A stretch of DNA of 64,000 nt from Candidatus Aerophobetes bacterium Ae_b3a (GCA_005223095.1 NJBQ01000002.1:1462-65461), one strand, 5' to 3'; counted from the first letter of the stretch, positions 43,356-53,541 are shown. Program-made: numbers and translations. The notes: a model not told the origin generated them from the sequence alone.

Positions 43356-45701
43356 TCATCCTTCTCTGATGCTTGCCCCTAAATCTATCTTCAAAAGATT
43401 AACTATTTTTTCCTGAACCTGATCAACTTCTTTGTCTGTCAAAGTTCTATCTGAAGCACGAAAAACCAAAGAAAAAGCAAGACTTTTATATCCTGATGGC
43501 ATTTCTCCTCCCCTATAAAGATCAAAAAAATCTACCCTCTCCAGCCATCTTCCTCCTTTGAGGATCCCCTGTTTTACATCTTTTGCCGAAATGTTTTCTG
43601 GAACAATAACAGCCAAGTCTCGCCTGAGAGCAGGAAACCTGGCTAAATGACGAAATCTCTTTCCTCCCTCAGAAAAAGCAGCAATAAGACGAGAAAAGTC
43701 AAACTCAAATAGATAAATAGAGGAAGGGAGCTTTAGATTCTTGGCAACTCCCTGCTCCAGCCTACCCAACGCTCCCAGCACTACACTTCCCTTTAAAACG
43801 GAAGCCCTTTGTCTACTGGAAAGATAAGCACAGTCACAGGAAACAAAATCTACTCCTTTTATACCCAAACCTTCCAGTAAAGTCTCTACTATCCCTTTTA
43901 TATGGAAAAAGCCAAAATTATCCTCATAGACCAATCCTCCTACTGAAGAAATCTCTTTCAGAGGATGAATACTTTGAAAGACTTCGCCCACTTCAAATAT
44001 CCGCAATTGCTCTATGCTCTGAGTGAGATTATAAGAGGCGACTTTCAATAGACGAGGGAAAAGATGGGGCATTAAGAATTCCTGCTGAGAAGAGAGAGGA
44101 TTTCTAATTTTTATTTTTTTCTGAGAAAGTAGGTTTGTCCTTCTGAAAATATCTCCTTCAGCAAAAGGGACCGAAATCACCTCATAAAAGCCTAATCCTT
44201 TTAGAATTTCTCTCACCCTCTCTTTACGCTGTTCCTCGAGGTCTTCACCAATTTTCTTGTTCACCAGAGAAGGAAGAGTTGTTCTTAACCGGTCATATCC
44301 ATGAAATCTTATTATTTCCTCAATGAGGTCTATTTCCCTGCTTACATCGGAGCGGAAAGAAGGAACACTCACTTTCCAGTCTCCATTTTTTTTCTCAACC
44401 TTAAACTGTAAATTTTCTAGAATCTTTTTCATGCGGAAGGAGGCGAGCCTATTCCCCAGGATACGATGAACTCGTCCCGGCCGAAGAGTAATCCACCTTT
44501 TTCTTACTGGTAATTTACCCCTTTCCAGAATTCTCTCAAATTTCCCTCCTGCTATTTTTTCTATAAGAAGAGAAGCCCTCCCTAGAGCTCCCCTGACTCC
44601 TGAGGGGTCTACTCTTCTCCCAAATCTAGAAGATGCCTCTGTGGTCAAACCTATCCTTTTTGAGGTACGTTGAATAGACAAAGAATCAAAATATGCTGAT
44701 TCTAGCAAAACATCCACCGTAGAATTTGTTACCTCGGTATCTTTTCCTCCCATAATTCCAGCCAGAGCTACTGCACGAGTCGAATCAGCGATAACGAGCA
44801 TATCTTCATCGAGTTCCCGTCTGATACCGTCCAGGGTGACCAGAAATTCGCTCTTTTTCGCTCGGCGAACTATTATCTTCTTATCCTCAAGAAATCTATA
44901 ATCAAAGGCATGCAGGGGCTGTCCCATTTCCCACAAAACATAATTGGTAATATCTACAATGTTATTAATGGGTACGGCTCCGGCAATTAGAACTTTATGA
45001 CGTAGCCAGTGAGGAGAAGGCCCTATCTTTACATCCCTTATAAGATGAGCACCATAATAAGGGCAAAGAGCGATATCTTTTATCTCTATATCAGTTTGAT
45101 GCCCTTTTTGTTTTTTATCATCCCTTACTCCAAAGGAAGGAAGATGAAGGTTTTCACCAGTTAGAGCAGCAATTTCACGCGCTACTCCTATCATTGATAA
45201 ACAATCTCCCCGGTTAGAAGTTATCTCCAAATCCAATACAATATCTTCTAAATCCATGGCCTGAGAAAGATTTGTCCCTAAAGGCAAATGAGAGGGAAGG
45301 GGCATAACTCCAGATTGATCCTCTCCTAATCCAAGTTCATTTTCTGAACAAATCATTCCCGGAGAATCAATCCCTCGCACTTTTATTTTTTTTACCCTTA
45401 TCCCTCCTTTAAGTCTGGCTCCCTCCAAAGCTACAGGAACAAGCATTTCTTCTTTTATGTTAGGAGCCCCACAAACCAAAGAAATAGCCTCTCTGCCGAC
45501 GTCTATTCTAACTACTTTTATCTTATCAGCATTAGGGTGATTTTCAATGGAAACAATCTTTCCTACTACTATCTTCTCCAGTTTTCCAAAATATTCTATG
45601 TTCTTTACCTCAAGACCTAAGCGGGTTAACTGTTCAGCCAATTCCTGAGGAGAAAAAGAAAAATTCACTATTTCCTGAAGACGTTTATAGGAAACTCTCA
45701 T
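43356..45701 (-). CDS. pheT: Phenylalanine--tRNA ligase beta subunit
   Basis: 781 aa. N-terminal tRNA-binding domain, B3/4, B5 and FDX-ACB-like C-terminus. MRVSYKRLQEIV.. start typical of PheT. Confidence 0.92.
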   Translation of the reverse strand: MRVSYKRLQEIVNFSFSPQELAEQLTRLGLEVKNIEYFGKLEKIVVGKIVSIENHPNADKIKVVRIDVGREAISLVCGAPNIKEEMLVPVALEGARLKGGIRVKKIKVRGIDSPGMICSENELGLGEDQSGVMPLPSHLPLGTNLSQAMDLEDIVLDLEITSNRGDCLSMIGVAREIAALTGENLHLPSFGVRDDKKQKGHQTDIEIKDIALCPYYGAHLIRDVKIGPSPHWLRHKVLIAGAVPINNIVDITNYVLWEMGQPLHAFDYRFLEDKKIIVRRAKKSEFLVTLDGIRRELDEDMLVIADSTRAVALAGIMGGKDTEVTNSTVDVLLESAYFDSLSIQRTSKRIGLTTEASSRFGRRVDPSGVRGALGRASLLIEKIAGGKFERILERGKLPVRKRWITLRPGRVHRILGNRLASFRMKKILENLQFKVEKKNGDWKVSVPSFRSDVSREIDLIEEIIRFHGYDRLRTTLPSLVNKKIGEDLEEQRKERVREILKGLGFYEVISVPFAEGDIFRRTNLLSQKKIKIRNPLSSQQEFLMPHLFPRLLKVASYNLTQSIEQLRIFEVGEVFQSIHPLKEISSVGGLVYEDNFGFFHIKGIVETLLEGLGIKGVDFVSCDCAYLSSRQRASVLKGSVVLGALGRLEQGVAKNLKLPSSIYLFEFDFSRLIAAFSEGGKRFRHLARFPALRRDLAVIVPENISAKDVKQGILKGGRWLERVDFFDLYRGGEMPSGYKSLAFSLVFRASDRTLTDKEVDQVQEKIVNLLKIDLGASIREG

Positions 45702-45728
45702 TATATCCTTAACTCCTATTTCGTATGA

Positions 45729-46370
45729 TTACCCTAGTGCCCATAAAGGCATGCCCGTTAATAGAAGGCTTAATCTGAAAACCATTGCAAAAATAATACG
45801 GAAAACACCACTCATAAAGAGAATAATAAGGATTATGAAGCCAAAGCGTCCTATGCTATTTAAGGCGTAGGCATACCTCTCTGGTAGAAGTCCGGTTAAA
45901 ATCCTTGACCCATCCAGAGGCGGAATGGGAATAAGGTTAAAGAAACCCAGCAGTAGATTGATGGCTACCCCATAAAAAAGGATTACCGCTCCCAGGGAAG
46001 CAGATATAGGCAAAAGACGAAAAAGCAAAGCCAGAACAAGAGCTACAGCAAAGTTAGTAGCAGGTCCTGATAAGCCAATCCACATCATATCTCGTTTGGG
46101 GTTGTTCAAATTATAGGGATTAATGGGTACTGGCTTAGCCCAGCCAAACAAAATAGCTTGACCTCCCATTAAACTTATCAAAAGCATAATACCAGGCAGA
46201 AGAATAGAACCAATGGGATCCAGATGTGGAATAGGATTGAGGGTAATTCTTCCGGCCTGCCGAGCTGTAGGGTCACCCAAACGTTCAGCAGCCAGTCCAT
46301 GGGCACACTCGTGTAAAATTATAGAGAAAAGTACCACTATCAGTGAAGAGAGCAACACCAGCACTGTCAT
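45729..46370 (-). CDS. Site-2 protease family (M50) membrane metalloprotease
   Basis: 213 aa. HECAHG (HExxH) in TM1 and a PPLDGS second motif. Confidence 0.85.
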   Translation of the reverse strand: MTVLVLLSSLIVVLFSIILHECAHGLAAERLGDPTARQAGRITLNPIPHLDPIGSILLPGIMLLISLMGGQAILFGWAKPVPINPYNLNNPKRDMMWIGLSGPATNFAVALVLALLFRLLPISASLGAVILFYGVAINLLLGFFNLIPIPPLDGSRILTGLLPERYAYALNSIGRFGFIILIILFMSGVFRIIFAMVFRLSLLLTGMPLWALG

Positions 46371-48967
46371 TTAGTTTCCTCCCGGGGGAATCTCTTCCTA
46401 ATATAATCGAGCTCTTCTTCTCTTGTCTCTATTTCCCCATCTAATTTAGCTTTCTTGAGCTCCTCTAGAATCTGAGTAAATTCTGGAGAGGGTTTATATC
46501 CCATCTGCTTCAAATCATTTCCATCAACCTTAATCTTAATATTCTTCAATTTAGATAAATAGTCAAATATACGCTTTTCTATCCCCTTCTCTTCTGTCCT
46601 GGCTATGGTAAAAAGAAGGATTTCCTGAGAAAGCGGTTGGAGAAGATAATAAATAGAACTAGGTTTAAGAAATTCACTCGTCTTTAATTTTTCCTCCAGC
46701 TCTTTCGCCTTATTTTTACCTTTAAGAATAGATTCTCTTTCCTCTTTATTAAATCTATATCTTCGGCAAAACTCTTTCAGCTCAGCTCCATTCAAATCTT
46801 CTAATAATAAAAGGAGTCTAATCAACCATCTCTTTACTCTTTTATTAAAGAGAATCTCAAAGCGGGCAAAAACATCTACCAGATGATCCAGTCTTTCTTC
46901 TTTTTCTTCATCTAGCCTCATCCTGGGATGAAGAGTCTTAAGAACACCTAGCTCTTGCATTCTCTTAATGACCCTGCCAGGTCTATCCTCCTGCAAAACC
47001 TGGATTAATTCTTCCCGAATCCTTTCTCCGCTCAATTCTTGCAATAGACCTCTTTTGAGGGCATCTTGGATCAACCTGAGAGTCTTATCTTCGATAGTAA
47101 ATCCATATCTCTGCTCAAACCTGATAGCCCGAAAGATCCTGGTAGGGTCCTCAATGAAGCTCTTGCTATGGAGAGCCCCTACCCTCTTCTCTTTAATGTC
47201 TTTTTGCCCGGCAAAGAAATCTATCAGGTTGCCAAAGCTATTCAGATTAATATCAATGGCCATAGTATTTACAGTAAAATCCCGCCGGAAAACGTCCTCC
47301 CGCAAAGAAGCTGGTGTTACCCTGGGCAAAGAAGCCGGACGGGGATAGAATTCCCGCCGAGAGGTGGCAATGTCTAGCTTGAAACCATCAGGAAAAATGA
47401 GAACAGCCGTACCAAAGTCTTTGTGCGTCTTTACCTTTCCTGCCACTTCATCAGCAAATTGAATGGCAAAATCGATTCCATTTCCTTCTATAACCAGGTC
47501 TATATCCAGGTTTTCTATCCCCAGCAAGAGGTCTCGCACAAATCCTCCCACAATAAAAGCCCTATATCCCATCTTATTAGCTACTTTTCCTGCTTGCCAG
47601 AGCAATCTTTGAATTTTTTCAGGAACTTTTTTTTCTAATAAATCTTTGAGGCTGCCAAGATTTTCTTCTAGGGAGTCCTCCCTTCTTTGATGAAAAGCAT
47701 CCAGAAGATCGGAACCCGTAATAATCCCTACTAGCTTATCTTCCTCCAATACGAAAAGTACCCCTGCCTCTTCCTCCATCATTAGCTCTTGAGCTCTTTT
47801 GATAGAAATAAAAGGAGGACAGGTAATAATTTTAGGGGTGATATAGCTTTTCAAAGGAGCGTTGCCAGAGTTATGAGCTATCAACCGGTCTATTCTTTTT
47901 TGAGAAATCATTCCTAACAGCTTACTATTCTCCACCACTGGCAGAAATGTTATCTTATGCTTCTTCAGTAAAATTTGAGCTTCCTTCACTAGCATTTGGA
48001 GAGTAGCTGTCTCTTTAGGAGGGCTCATTATTCTGCCTACAGTCAGTCGAGGTTCTATTCTGTCTTTCAACACCTGGCTGAGCCTTTGCTCTATTTCTTT
48101 AGAGTCTGTTCCCTTAATAAGAGCAGAAGCAGCAAAATTATGTCCTCCTCCTCCAAAAGGAGAAAGAATCTCGCCTACATTAACAGAAGGTGTACGGGAG
48201 CGAGCCATAAGATAAACTCTATCCTTTGATTTAATCAGAACAAATACCACTTCTAGATTCTTTAAATCAATTAATTTATGCAGAGGAAGGGAGAGCCCTC
48301 CTATAAATTCATCTATCTCGGTAACTATTACAACTATTTCTACCCCGTTGATTAGCTTTGTTTGGGCTTTTTTCAAAAAATCATCAAGCAGCAGAGTCTG
48401 TTTTTCTGTTAATCCTCTATTAAGAAAACTAGAGATTAATTCAAGGTTTGCTCCCTGGGAAAGTAGATAAGCTGCTGCCTCCAGATCCAGGGGTGTAGTA
48501 GAAGTAAAACTTAAAGAGCCAGTATCCTCGTAAATACCCAGGAGAAGAAGAGTCGCTTCTGCTGGACTAATGGAAATCCTTCTTTTTCTTATCAGAGAGA
48601 CAAGAAGGCTGGTGGTAGCTCCTACTTCCTGGCAGATACCCCCTTCACCTTCTATATCTTCAGGATGAGGCGGATGGTGGTCATAAATATGAATCTCCAC
48701 TCCTTTGCGCGAGATAAGTTGATTAAAAATACCTATTCTGTTGAGCCAGCGTGTATCCACAAGAATCAATCGTTTTACTTTGTCTAAATCAATTTCCTCT
48801 GAAGGGATATTCTCCAATAGACTTCCATATAGGCAAGTAAACTGCTTTACTTCTTTGGCTACCGACCCGGGGAGAGAGAGCTTCGCCTCTGGATAAAGTT
48901 TCTTTGCCGCAACCATAGAGGCTAAAGCATCAAAATCGGTTCCGGTATGGGTGGTAATTATCTCCAT
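46367..48967 (-). CDS. DHH/DHHA1 - tandem CBS - poly(A) polymerase/CCA-adding nucleotidyltransferase fusion protein
   Basis: 866 aa. N-terminal DHH (IYDHHPPHPED) and GGGGHNFAASA (DHHA1). Two CBS repeats. GGFVRDLLLG..DIDLV class II nucleotidyltransferase head and RDFTVN motif. Confidence 0.85.
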   Translation of the reverse strand: MEIITTHTGTDFDALASMVAAKKLYPEAKLSLPGSVAKEVKQFTCLYGSLLENIPSEEIDLDKVKRLILVDTRWLNRIGIFNQLISRKGVEIHIYDHHPPHPEDIEGEGGICQEVGATTSLLVSLIRKRRISISPAEATLLLLGIYEDTGSLSFTSTTPLDLEAAAYLLSQGANLELISSFLNRGLTEKQTLLLDDFLKKAQTKLINGVEIVVIVTEIDEFIGGLSLPLHKLIDLKNLEVVFVLIKSKDRVYLMARSRTPSVNVGEILSPFGGGGHNFAASALIKGTDSKEIEQRLSQVLKDRIEPRLTVGRIMSPPKETATLQMLVKEAQILLKKHKITFLPVVENSKLLGMISQKRIDRLIAHNSGNAPLKSYITPKIITCPPFISIKRAQELMMEEEAGVLFVLEEDKLVGIITGSDLLDAFHQRREDSLEENLGSLKDLLEKKVPEKIQRLLWQAGKVANKMGYRAFIVGGFVRDLLLGIENLDIDLVIEGNGIDFAIQFADEVAGKVKTHKDFGTAVLIFPDGFKLDIATSRREFYPRPASLPRVTPASLREDVFRRDFTVNTMAIDINLNSFGNLIDFFAGQKDIKEKRVGALHSKSFIEDPTRIFRAIRFEQRYGFTIEDKTLRLIQDALKRGLLQELSGERIREELIQVLQEDRPGRVIKRMQELGVLKTLHPRMRLDEEKEERLDHLVDVFARFEILFNKRVKRWLIRLLLLLEDLNGAELKEFCRRYRFNKEERESILKGKNKAKELEEKLKTSEFLKPSSIYYLLQPLSQEILLFTIARTEEKGIEKRIFDYLSKLKNIKIKVDGNDLKQMGYKPSPEFTQILEELKKAKLDGEIETREEELDYIRKRFPREETK

Positions 48968-49086
48968 AGCTTATTTATCAAGCCCTCCTTGCCTTAAAAA
49001 TAGCAAATTGAGGTCAATTGTCAAACTTAATTATTGAGATTTATTGAAATCTCTAAAAAGGGGAGAGAAGATATTTGGGAGCAGAG

Positions 49087-50079
49087 TTATTTCTTTATCA
49101 CTTGAGGATTGACCATTGCTCCAGGCAGTTCTCCTTTTAAGACGGATAGCACTGCTTCAGCCGTTTTGGTCTTCAAATCAACAAGAGACTCCTCTGAGTA
49201 AAAAGAGATATGAGGTGTGATAATGAGGTTATTTAACTTTAAGAGAGGGTTTTTCCAGTCAGGTGGTTCCTTTTCCATAACATCCAAAGCTGCCCCAGCA
49301 ATCCATTTATCTTTAAGAGCTTTATAGAGAGCTTTCTCATTAATGATAGAGCCTCTGGCCGTATTTATCAAATAAGCACTTTTTTTCATGGCTCTTAGCT
49401 CATTTTCTCCAAAAATATGCCTTGTTTCTCTGGTTAAGGGAGCATGAATAGATATAAAGTCTGAATCCGATAATAATTGAGGAAATCCAACCAACTCTAT
49501 TCCTCTGTCAAGTTTTGTAGTATAAGGATCATAAGCGACAATTTTAAAGCCAAATTTTGAGGTTTTCTCAGCTACTGTTCGGCCAATTTCTCCCAGGCCG
49601 AAAAGGCCAAGAATTCTTCCTTGAGTTCGCAGAACGGGCCTGGCTAAAGCAAAGTCCCATATCTTTTGTCTTACTAAATTGTCCAATAAAGTTATCTTTC
49701 GCGCACAGGCTAAGATTAAAGCCACAGCATGAGTAGATACCTCATCAACGCAATAACCAGGAAGATTAGCCACAATAATTCCATACTCAGTAGCAGCCTC
49801 TACATCGATATTATCCACTCCTATTCCGTAGCGAGCAATAACTTTGCACCTCTTTAGTAATTCAATTACCCTTCTGGTTATAGGTGCATATTGATTAATT
49901 ATTCCATCAGCATCCCTGGCAGCTTCTATGACTTCCTCTTCTGTAGTGCAATGAGCCACTACAAATTCTGGACTAATTTCATCTAACACCTTTCTTTCCA
50001 GCTCCAGAGAAGAGTGATCACAATCAGTTACCACTACCTTTTTTCTTCTGTTAGCCATAGACACTTTAATCTCCTTCAT
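49087..50079 (-). CDS. D-isomer-specific 2-hydroxyacid dehydrogenase (PGDH-like)
   Basis: 330 aa. GLFGLGEIGRTVA NAD motif. ARG..I and ALDV. Alternative start at M8. Confidence 0.85.
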   Translation of the reverse strand: MKEIKVSMANRRKKVVVTDCDHSSLELERKVLDEISPEFVVAHCTTEEEVIEAARDADGIINQYAPITRRVIELLKRCKVIARYGIGVDNIDVEAATEYGIIVANLPGYCVDEVSTHAVALILACARKITLLDNLVRQKIWDFALARPVLRTQGRILGLFGLGEIGRTVAEKTSKFGFKIVAYDPYTTKLDRGIELVGFPQLLSDSDFISIHAPLTRETRHIFGENELRAMKKSAYLINTARGSIINEKALYKALKDKWIAGAALDVMEKEPPDWKNPLLKLNNLIITPHISFYSEESLVDLKTKTAEAVLSVLKGELPGAMVNPQVIKK

Positions 50080-50143
50080 TATTTCATTCTCCTCATCTAA
50101 CTCAATTTTCTCCCTTCACTCCTCTATGTACCTCAATAAGTAT

Positions 50144-51019
50144 CTAAGCACGAGGATGGTATTTCTTATATACTTTTTTCAAACGTTCCTGGCTGATGTG
50201 AGTATATATCTGAGTTGTATCAATATTGGCATGGCCCAAAAGCTCCTGAACAACACGCAGGTCAGCATCTCCAGAAAGAAGATGGGTGGCAAAAGAGTGG
50301 CGAAGGGTATGAGGAGATATATTCTTGCTTAAACCGGCTTTACTGGCATATTTTTTAATAATCTTCCAGCAGGCCTGCCGGGAGATTCTATTTCCATAAC
50401 GATTGCAGAAGAGAGGAACTTCTCTTTTCTTTTCTTCTCCCTTTTCCTCTAAGTACCTATTTATCCAGGAGCAGGCTTTTCCTCCTAAGGGGAGAAGATG
50501 TTCCTTGGATCCTTTTCCTGAAACCTTGAGCCATCCTTTTCTCAAATTGAGGTCGGTGGTATTCAGATTGACTAACTCTGATATGCGCAACCCTGCTCCA
50601 TACAAGACCTCTAAGATGGTCCGATCTCGGACTCCATATAAATTATCTAATGAAGGAGCATTTATAAGGCTGTCTACTTCTTTTTGGGAGAGATAGATAG
50701 GTATCTTTCTCCCTCGAGGCGGGGAGCTAATCTCTTCCAGGGGATTATGGTCAATTTTACCCTCGATATAAAGGAATCTATAAAAAGTCCTGATAACAGA
50801 TAGTTTTCGACTTATGCTGGAAGGAACATATTTTTTCTCCCTCAATCGAGCTACATATGCCCCTATGAGAGTAGAGTCTGCTTTAAGAATATCTGCTTTC
50901 AACCACTTGCTATATTGTAGTAAATCTCTTCTATAAGCGTCTATAGTATTAGCAGAAAGACCTCGTTCTACGCTTAAGTATTCAAGAAATGTTTCGGACA
51001 ATTTCTTCCGTCGCTGCAT
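50144..51019 (-). CDS. xerC: Tyrosine recombinase, XerC/XerD family
   Basis: 291 aa. YLSVERGLSANTIDAYRRDL, GKGSKE, LRHSFATHLL, VQELLGHANIDTTQIYTH and C-terminal HPRA. The C-terminal box looks more XerC-like, but C versus D is not certain. Confidence 0.85.
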   Translation of the reverse strand: MQRRKKLSETFLEYLSVERGLSANTIDAYRRDLLQYSKWLKADILKADSTLIGAYVARLREKKYVPSSISRKLSVIRTFYRFLYIEGKIDHNPLEEISSPPRGRKIPIYLSQKEVDSLINAPSLDNLYGVRDRTILEVLYGAGLRISELVNLNTTDLNLRKGWLKVSGKGSKEHLLPLGGKACSWINRYLEEKGEEKKREVPLFCNRYGNRISRQACWKIIKKYASKAGLSKNISPHTLRHSFATHLLSGDADLRVVQELLGHANIDTTQIYTHISQERLKKVYKKYHPRA

Positions 51020-51236
51020 AGTAGCCTTTTATTATTTCTGCTTAGCTTCTCGTTTCGGGAAAGATATAAACTCGTCGCCTTACTCCTCAAACAGTATATT
51101 TTTCTTTTTCCTCAACTCGAAACCTCGTTAGGGATGCCCCTAATAAGGCTTCTTCAGAAAATGTCCTTCGACAAACGTATAGATTCCTATACTTCAAGAA
51201 AACCGAAGAACATCTTTCTCTACCTAGCTGATTCTA

Positions 51237-51773
51237 CTACGAGACAAACCTTGCTCCCTCTCGTAAGGCTTTTTCATTTAAGGGAAGGAGATTGAGTCGT
51301 CCAGGGGAAATTACCTCAGGGAAAGACTCAACTAAACTTTCCAGCGATACTACTTTCGACTTCTTAACCCATGCTCCTAAAGCCACCATATTGGCAACCC
51401 GGGAATCTCCTATTTTCTCGGCAATTTGATTAGCCGGAATTCTTATTATCTCTATATCATCTCTAACCAATTCATCCCTGATTAAAGAGGTATTTATAAG
51501 AGCTTGCCCACCCTTTTTGATTCTAGGGAAGAACTTTAAATAAGAAGGCTGACTCATCATAATGATATTCTGAGGACGAGAGACAATAGGTGAAGCAATG
51601 GATGAGGTAGATAGTATTACCGTACAATTGGCCGTTCCTCCACGCATCTCTGCCCCATAAGAGGGAAAATAGACTACTTCTTTACTCTCTCTTAACCCGG
51701 CATAGGAAAGAAGCTTTCCAGTAAATATTATCCCTTGTCCACCGAATCCAGCTACCAATACGTCTTCATACAT
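51237..51773 (-). CDS. 2-oxoacid:ferredoxin oxidoreductase gamma-subunit family protein (solitary)
   Basis: 178 aa. VAGFGGQGIIFTGKLL..YGAEMRGGTANC signature of POR/KOR gamma. Confidence 0.85.
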   Translation of the reverse strand: MYEDVLVAGFGGQGIIFTGKLLSYAGLRESKEVVYFPSYGAEMRGGTANCTVILSTSSIASPIVSRPQNIIMMSQPSYLKFFPRIKKGGQALINTSLIRDELVRDDIEIIRIPANQIAEKIGDSRVANMVALGAWVKKSKVVSLESLVESFPEVISPGRLNLLPLNEKALREGARFVS

Positions 51774-51784
51774 AGTTCGTCCTA

Positions 51785-51966
51785 CCTCGATGTCCGATCC
51801 TAGATACTAGTTTTGGCTTTCATCCCTTGTCCTTCTCTTTTCCCCTCACCCCTTCCCTCTCCCCTCGGGAGAGGATTAAGAAGAAGGGGCACGAGCATCC
51901 AGAGCGGGGCTTTAGAATTCAAACTCTTTTTCTCCCTTTTCAAGCATCGAGTATCTAGAATCGAGG
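51785..51966. repeat. 182-bp inverted-repeat-bounded intergenic element carrying a REP hairpin
   Basis: Left end CCTCGAT(GTCCGATC)CTAGATACT 51785-51808. Right end AGTATCTAG-A-ATCGAGG 51950-51966. Internal CCCCTCACCCCTTCCCTCTCC-CCTCG-GGAGAGG hairpin at 51842-51874. Confidence 0.55.
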
Positions 51967-51999
51967 ATCTAAAACGATTCACCATTCAGGAAATACGAT

Positions 52000-53421
52000 T
52001 CACGAAAATATTGTTTCTTTGACTAATTGCACGCCCTCTTCAATAATCTTATTGAGCCTGACCTCATCAGCTGCTTCAGCATAGACCCTTACCTTAGGTT
52101 CAGTTCCTGAAGGTCGAATGAGAAGCCAGCTATCATCTTTCATAATAAATTTAATTCCATCAATGGTCTTTATTTCCCTAAGAGGAACTCCTCCTAAAGA
52201 AGAAGGAGTAGAAGATGAAAGCTTCTTTATCATTTCTTCTTTGTTTATCTCGGTTTCTTCAAAGTCTATCCGTCTAAAAAAGGAAGCCCCAAACCTATCT
52301 TCCATATTGTCTAAAATAAAAGAGAGAGGCCTCCCAATTTTAGTAATCATTTCTACGAAAAGAAGAGAAGAAAGAATTCCATCTCTTTCCATAAGATAGT
52401 CTCGGAAGCCATATCCTCCACTCTCTTCTCCTCCCAAAAGAATCTTCTTCTCCTGCATCTTATCGCACACATACTTAAACCCCACCGGCACCTCATCCAA
52501 AGAGAGAGCAAATTCCCTGGCTATTCTTTCCGGCTGATAACCCAGAGAAACCGTCTTTACCACTCCTCCTCTCATTTTTCTTCCTTCCACCAAGTATAAA
52601 AGAAGAAGAGAGAAAACCTGATGAGGAGTAAGATACCTCCCCTTATCATCCACCACCCCTGCTCTATCTGCATCTCCATCTGTAGCTATTCCCAGATCCG
52701 CTCCTACCTCCCTTACCTTTCTTTTTAAATCCTCTAAATTTTTTTCGATAGGCTCAGGGTTCAAACCCCCAAAGCCAGGATTATATTTACGGTGAATAGT
52801 AATTACCTCACATTCTGACTTAGCCAGGAGCTTCTCAATAAACCCATCTCCTACTCCAAACATAGAATCATGAACTATCCTAAGATGGGCTTTTCTTATC
52901 AAATCCTTATCCAGGAAAGATTCAACCTTCTTTAAATATCCTCTGGCAAGGTCTTCTATTTTTATCAATCTTTTTTTGGCTGCCTCTTTTAGGGCAAGCT
53001 TTCTTACCCTATTCTTACCCAAAAGAACTTCTATTCTCTCTGTAACTTGAGCAGGTGCTGAACCACCAAAAGAAGCTCTAATTTTTATACCATTATATTT
53101 AGGAGGATTATGAGATGCAGTGATAATCACTCCTCCGGCTAGCTCCCTATCTTCTATAACAAAAGATATGCACTGAGTGGGAATGTCCTCTGAGGAAAGT
53201 ATTACCAAAATGCCGTTGCCGGCCAATACTTCTACCATTTCTTGAGCAAATTCTCTAGACAAAAAACGAGCATCATATCCTACTACTAATCCTTTTTCCT
53301 TATCGGGCTGAGTTTGATAATAGTCAGCTATTGCCTGGGCAACTCTGGCTACATTGGCAAAGGTGAAATCGTCAGCAATTACCGCCCGCCAACCATCAGT
53401 GCCGAACTTAATCTTTCCCAT
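52000..53421 (-). CDS. Phosphoglucomutase/phosphomannomutase family protein
   Basis: 473 aa. ITASHNP phosphoserine loop, DGDADR metal loop and GEESGG sugar loop. Confidence 0.92.
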   Translation of the reverse strand: MGKIKFGTDGWRAVIADDFTFANVARVAQAIADYYQTQPDKEKGLVVGYDARFLSREFAQEMVEVLAGNGILVILSSEDIPTQCISFVIEDRELAGGVIITASHNPPKYNGIKIRASFGGSAPAQVTERIEVLLGKNRVRKLALKEAAKKRLIKIEDLARGYLKKVESFLDKDLIRKAHLRIVHDSMFGVGDGFIEKLLAKSECEVITIHRKYNPGFGGLNPEPIEKNLEDLKRKVREVGADLGIATDGDADRAGVVDDKGRYLTPHQVFSLLLLYLVEGRKMRGGVVKTVSLGYQPERIAREFALSLDEVPVGFKYVCDKMQEKKILLGGEESGGYGFRDYLMERDGILSSLLFVEMITKIGRPLSFILDNMEDRFGASFFRRIDFEETEINKEEMIKKLSSSTPSSLGGVPLREIKTIDGIKFIMKDDSWLLIRPSGTEPKVRVYAEAADEVRLNKIIEEGVQLVKETIFS

Positions 53422-53541
53422 CTTTACTCCTTGCTCTTAAAGTGCTATTTTATCTTATAACAATAGAAAAGAATGTCAAATTTCTCTTTATTAAGCAGGC
53501 TTTCAACCCTTATTTTTCCCGAAAATTTTTCAATAACTTAC

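Noticed and set aside
51800-52022. ORFs 51800..51985 (-) and 51813..52022 (+) with Gly/Arg/Glu or Pro/Leu/Ser-rich products
   Set aside because: Both are translations of the REP hairpin and the inverted-repeat element on opposite strands. They are typical repeat artefacts.
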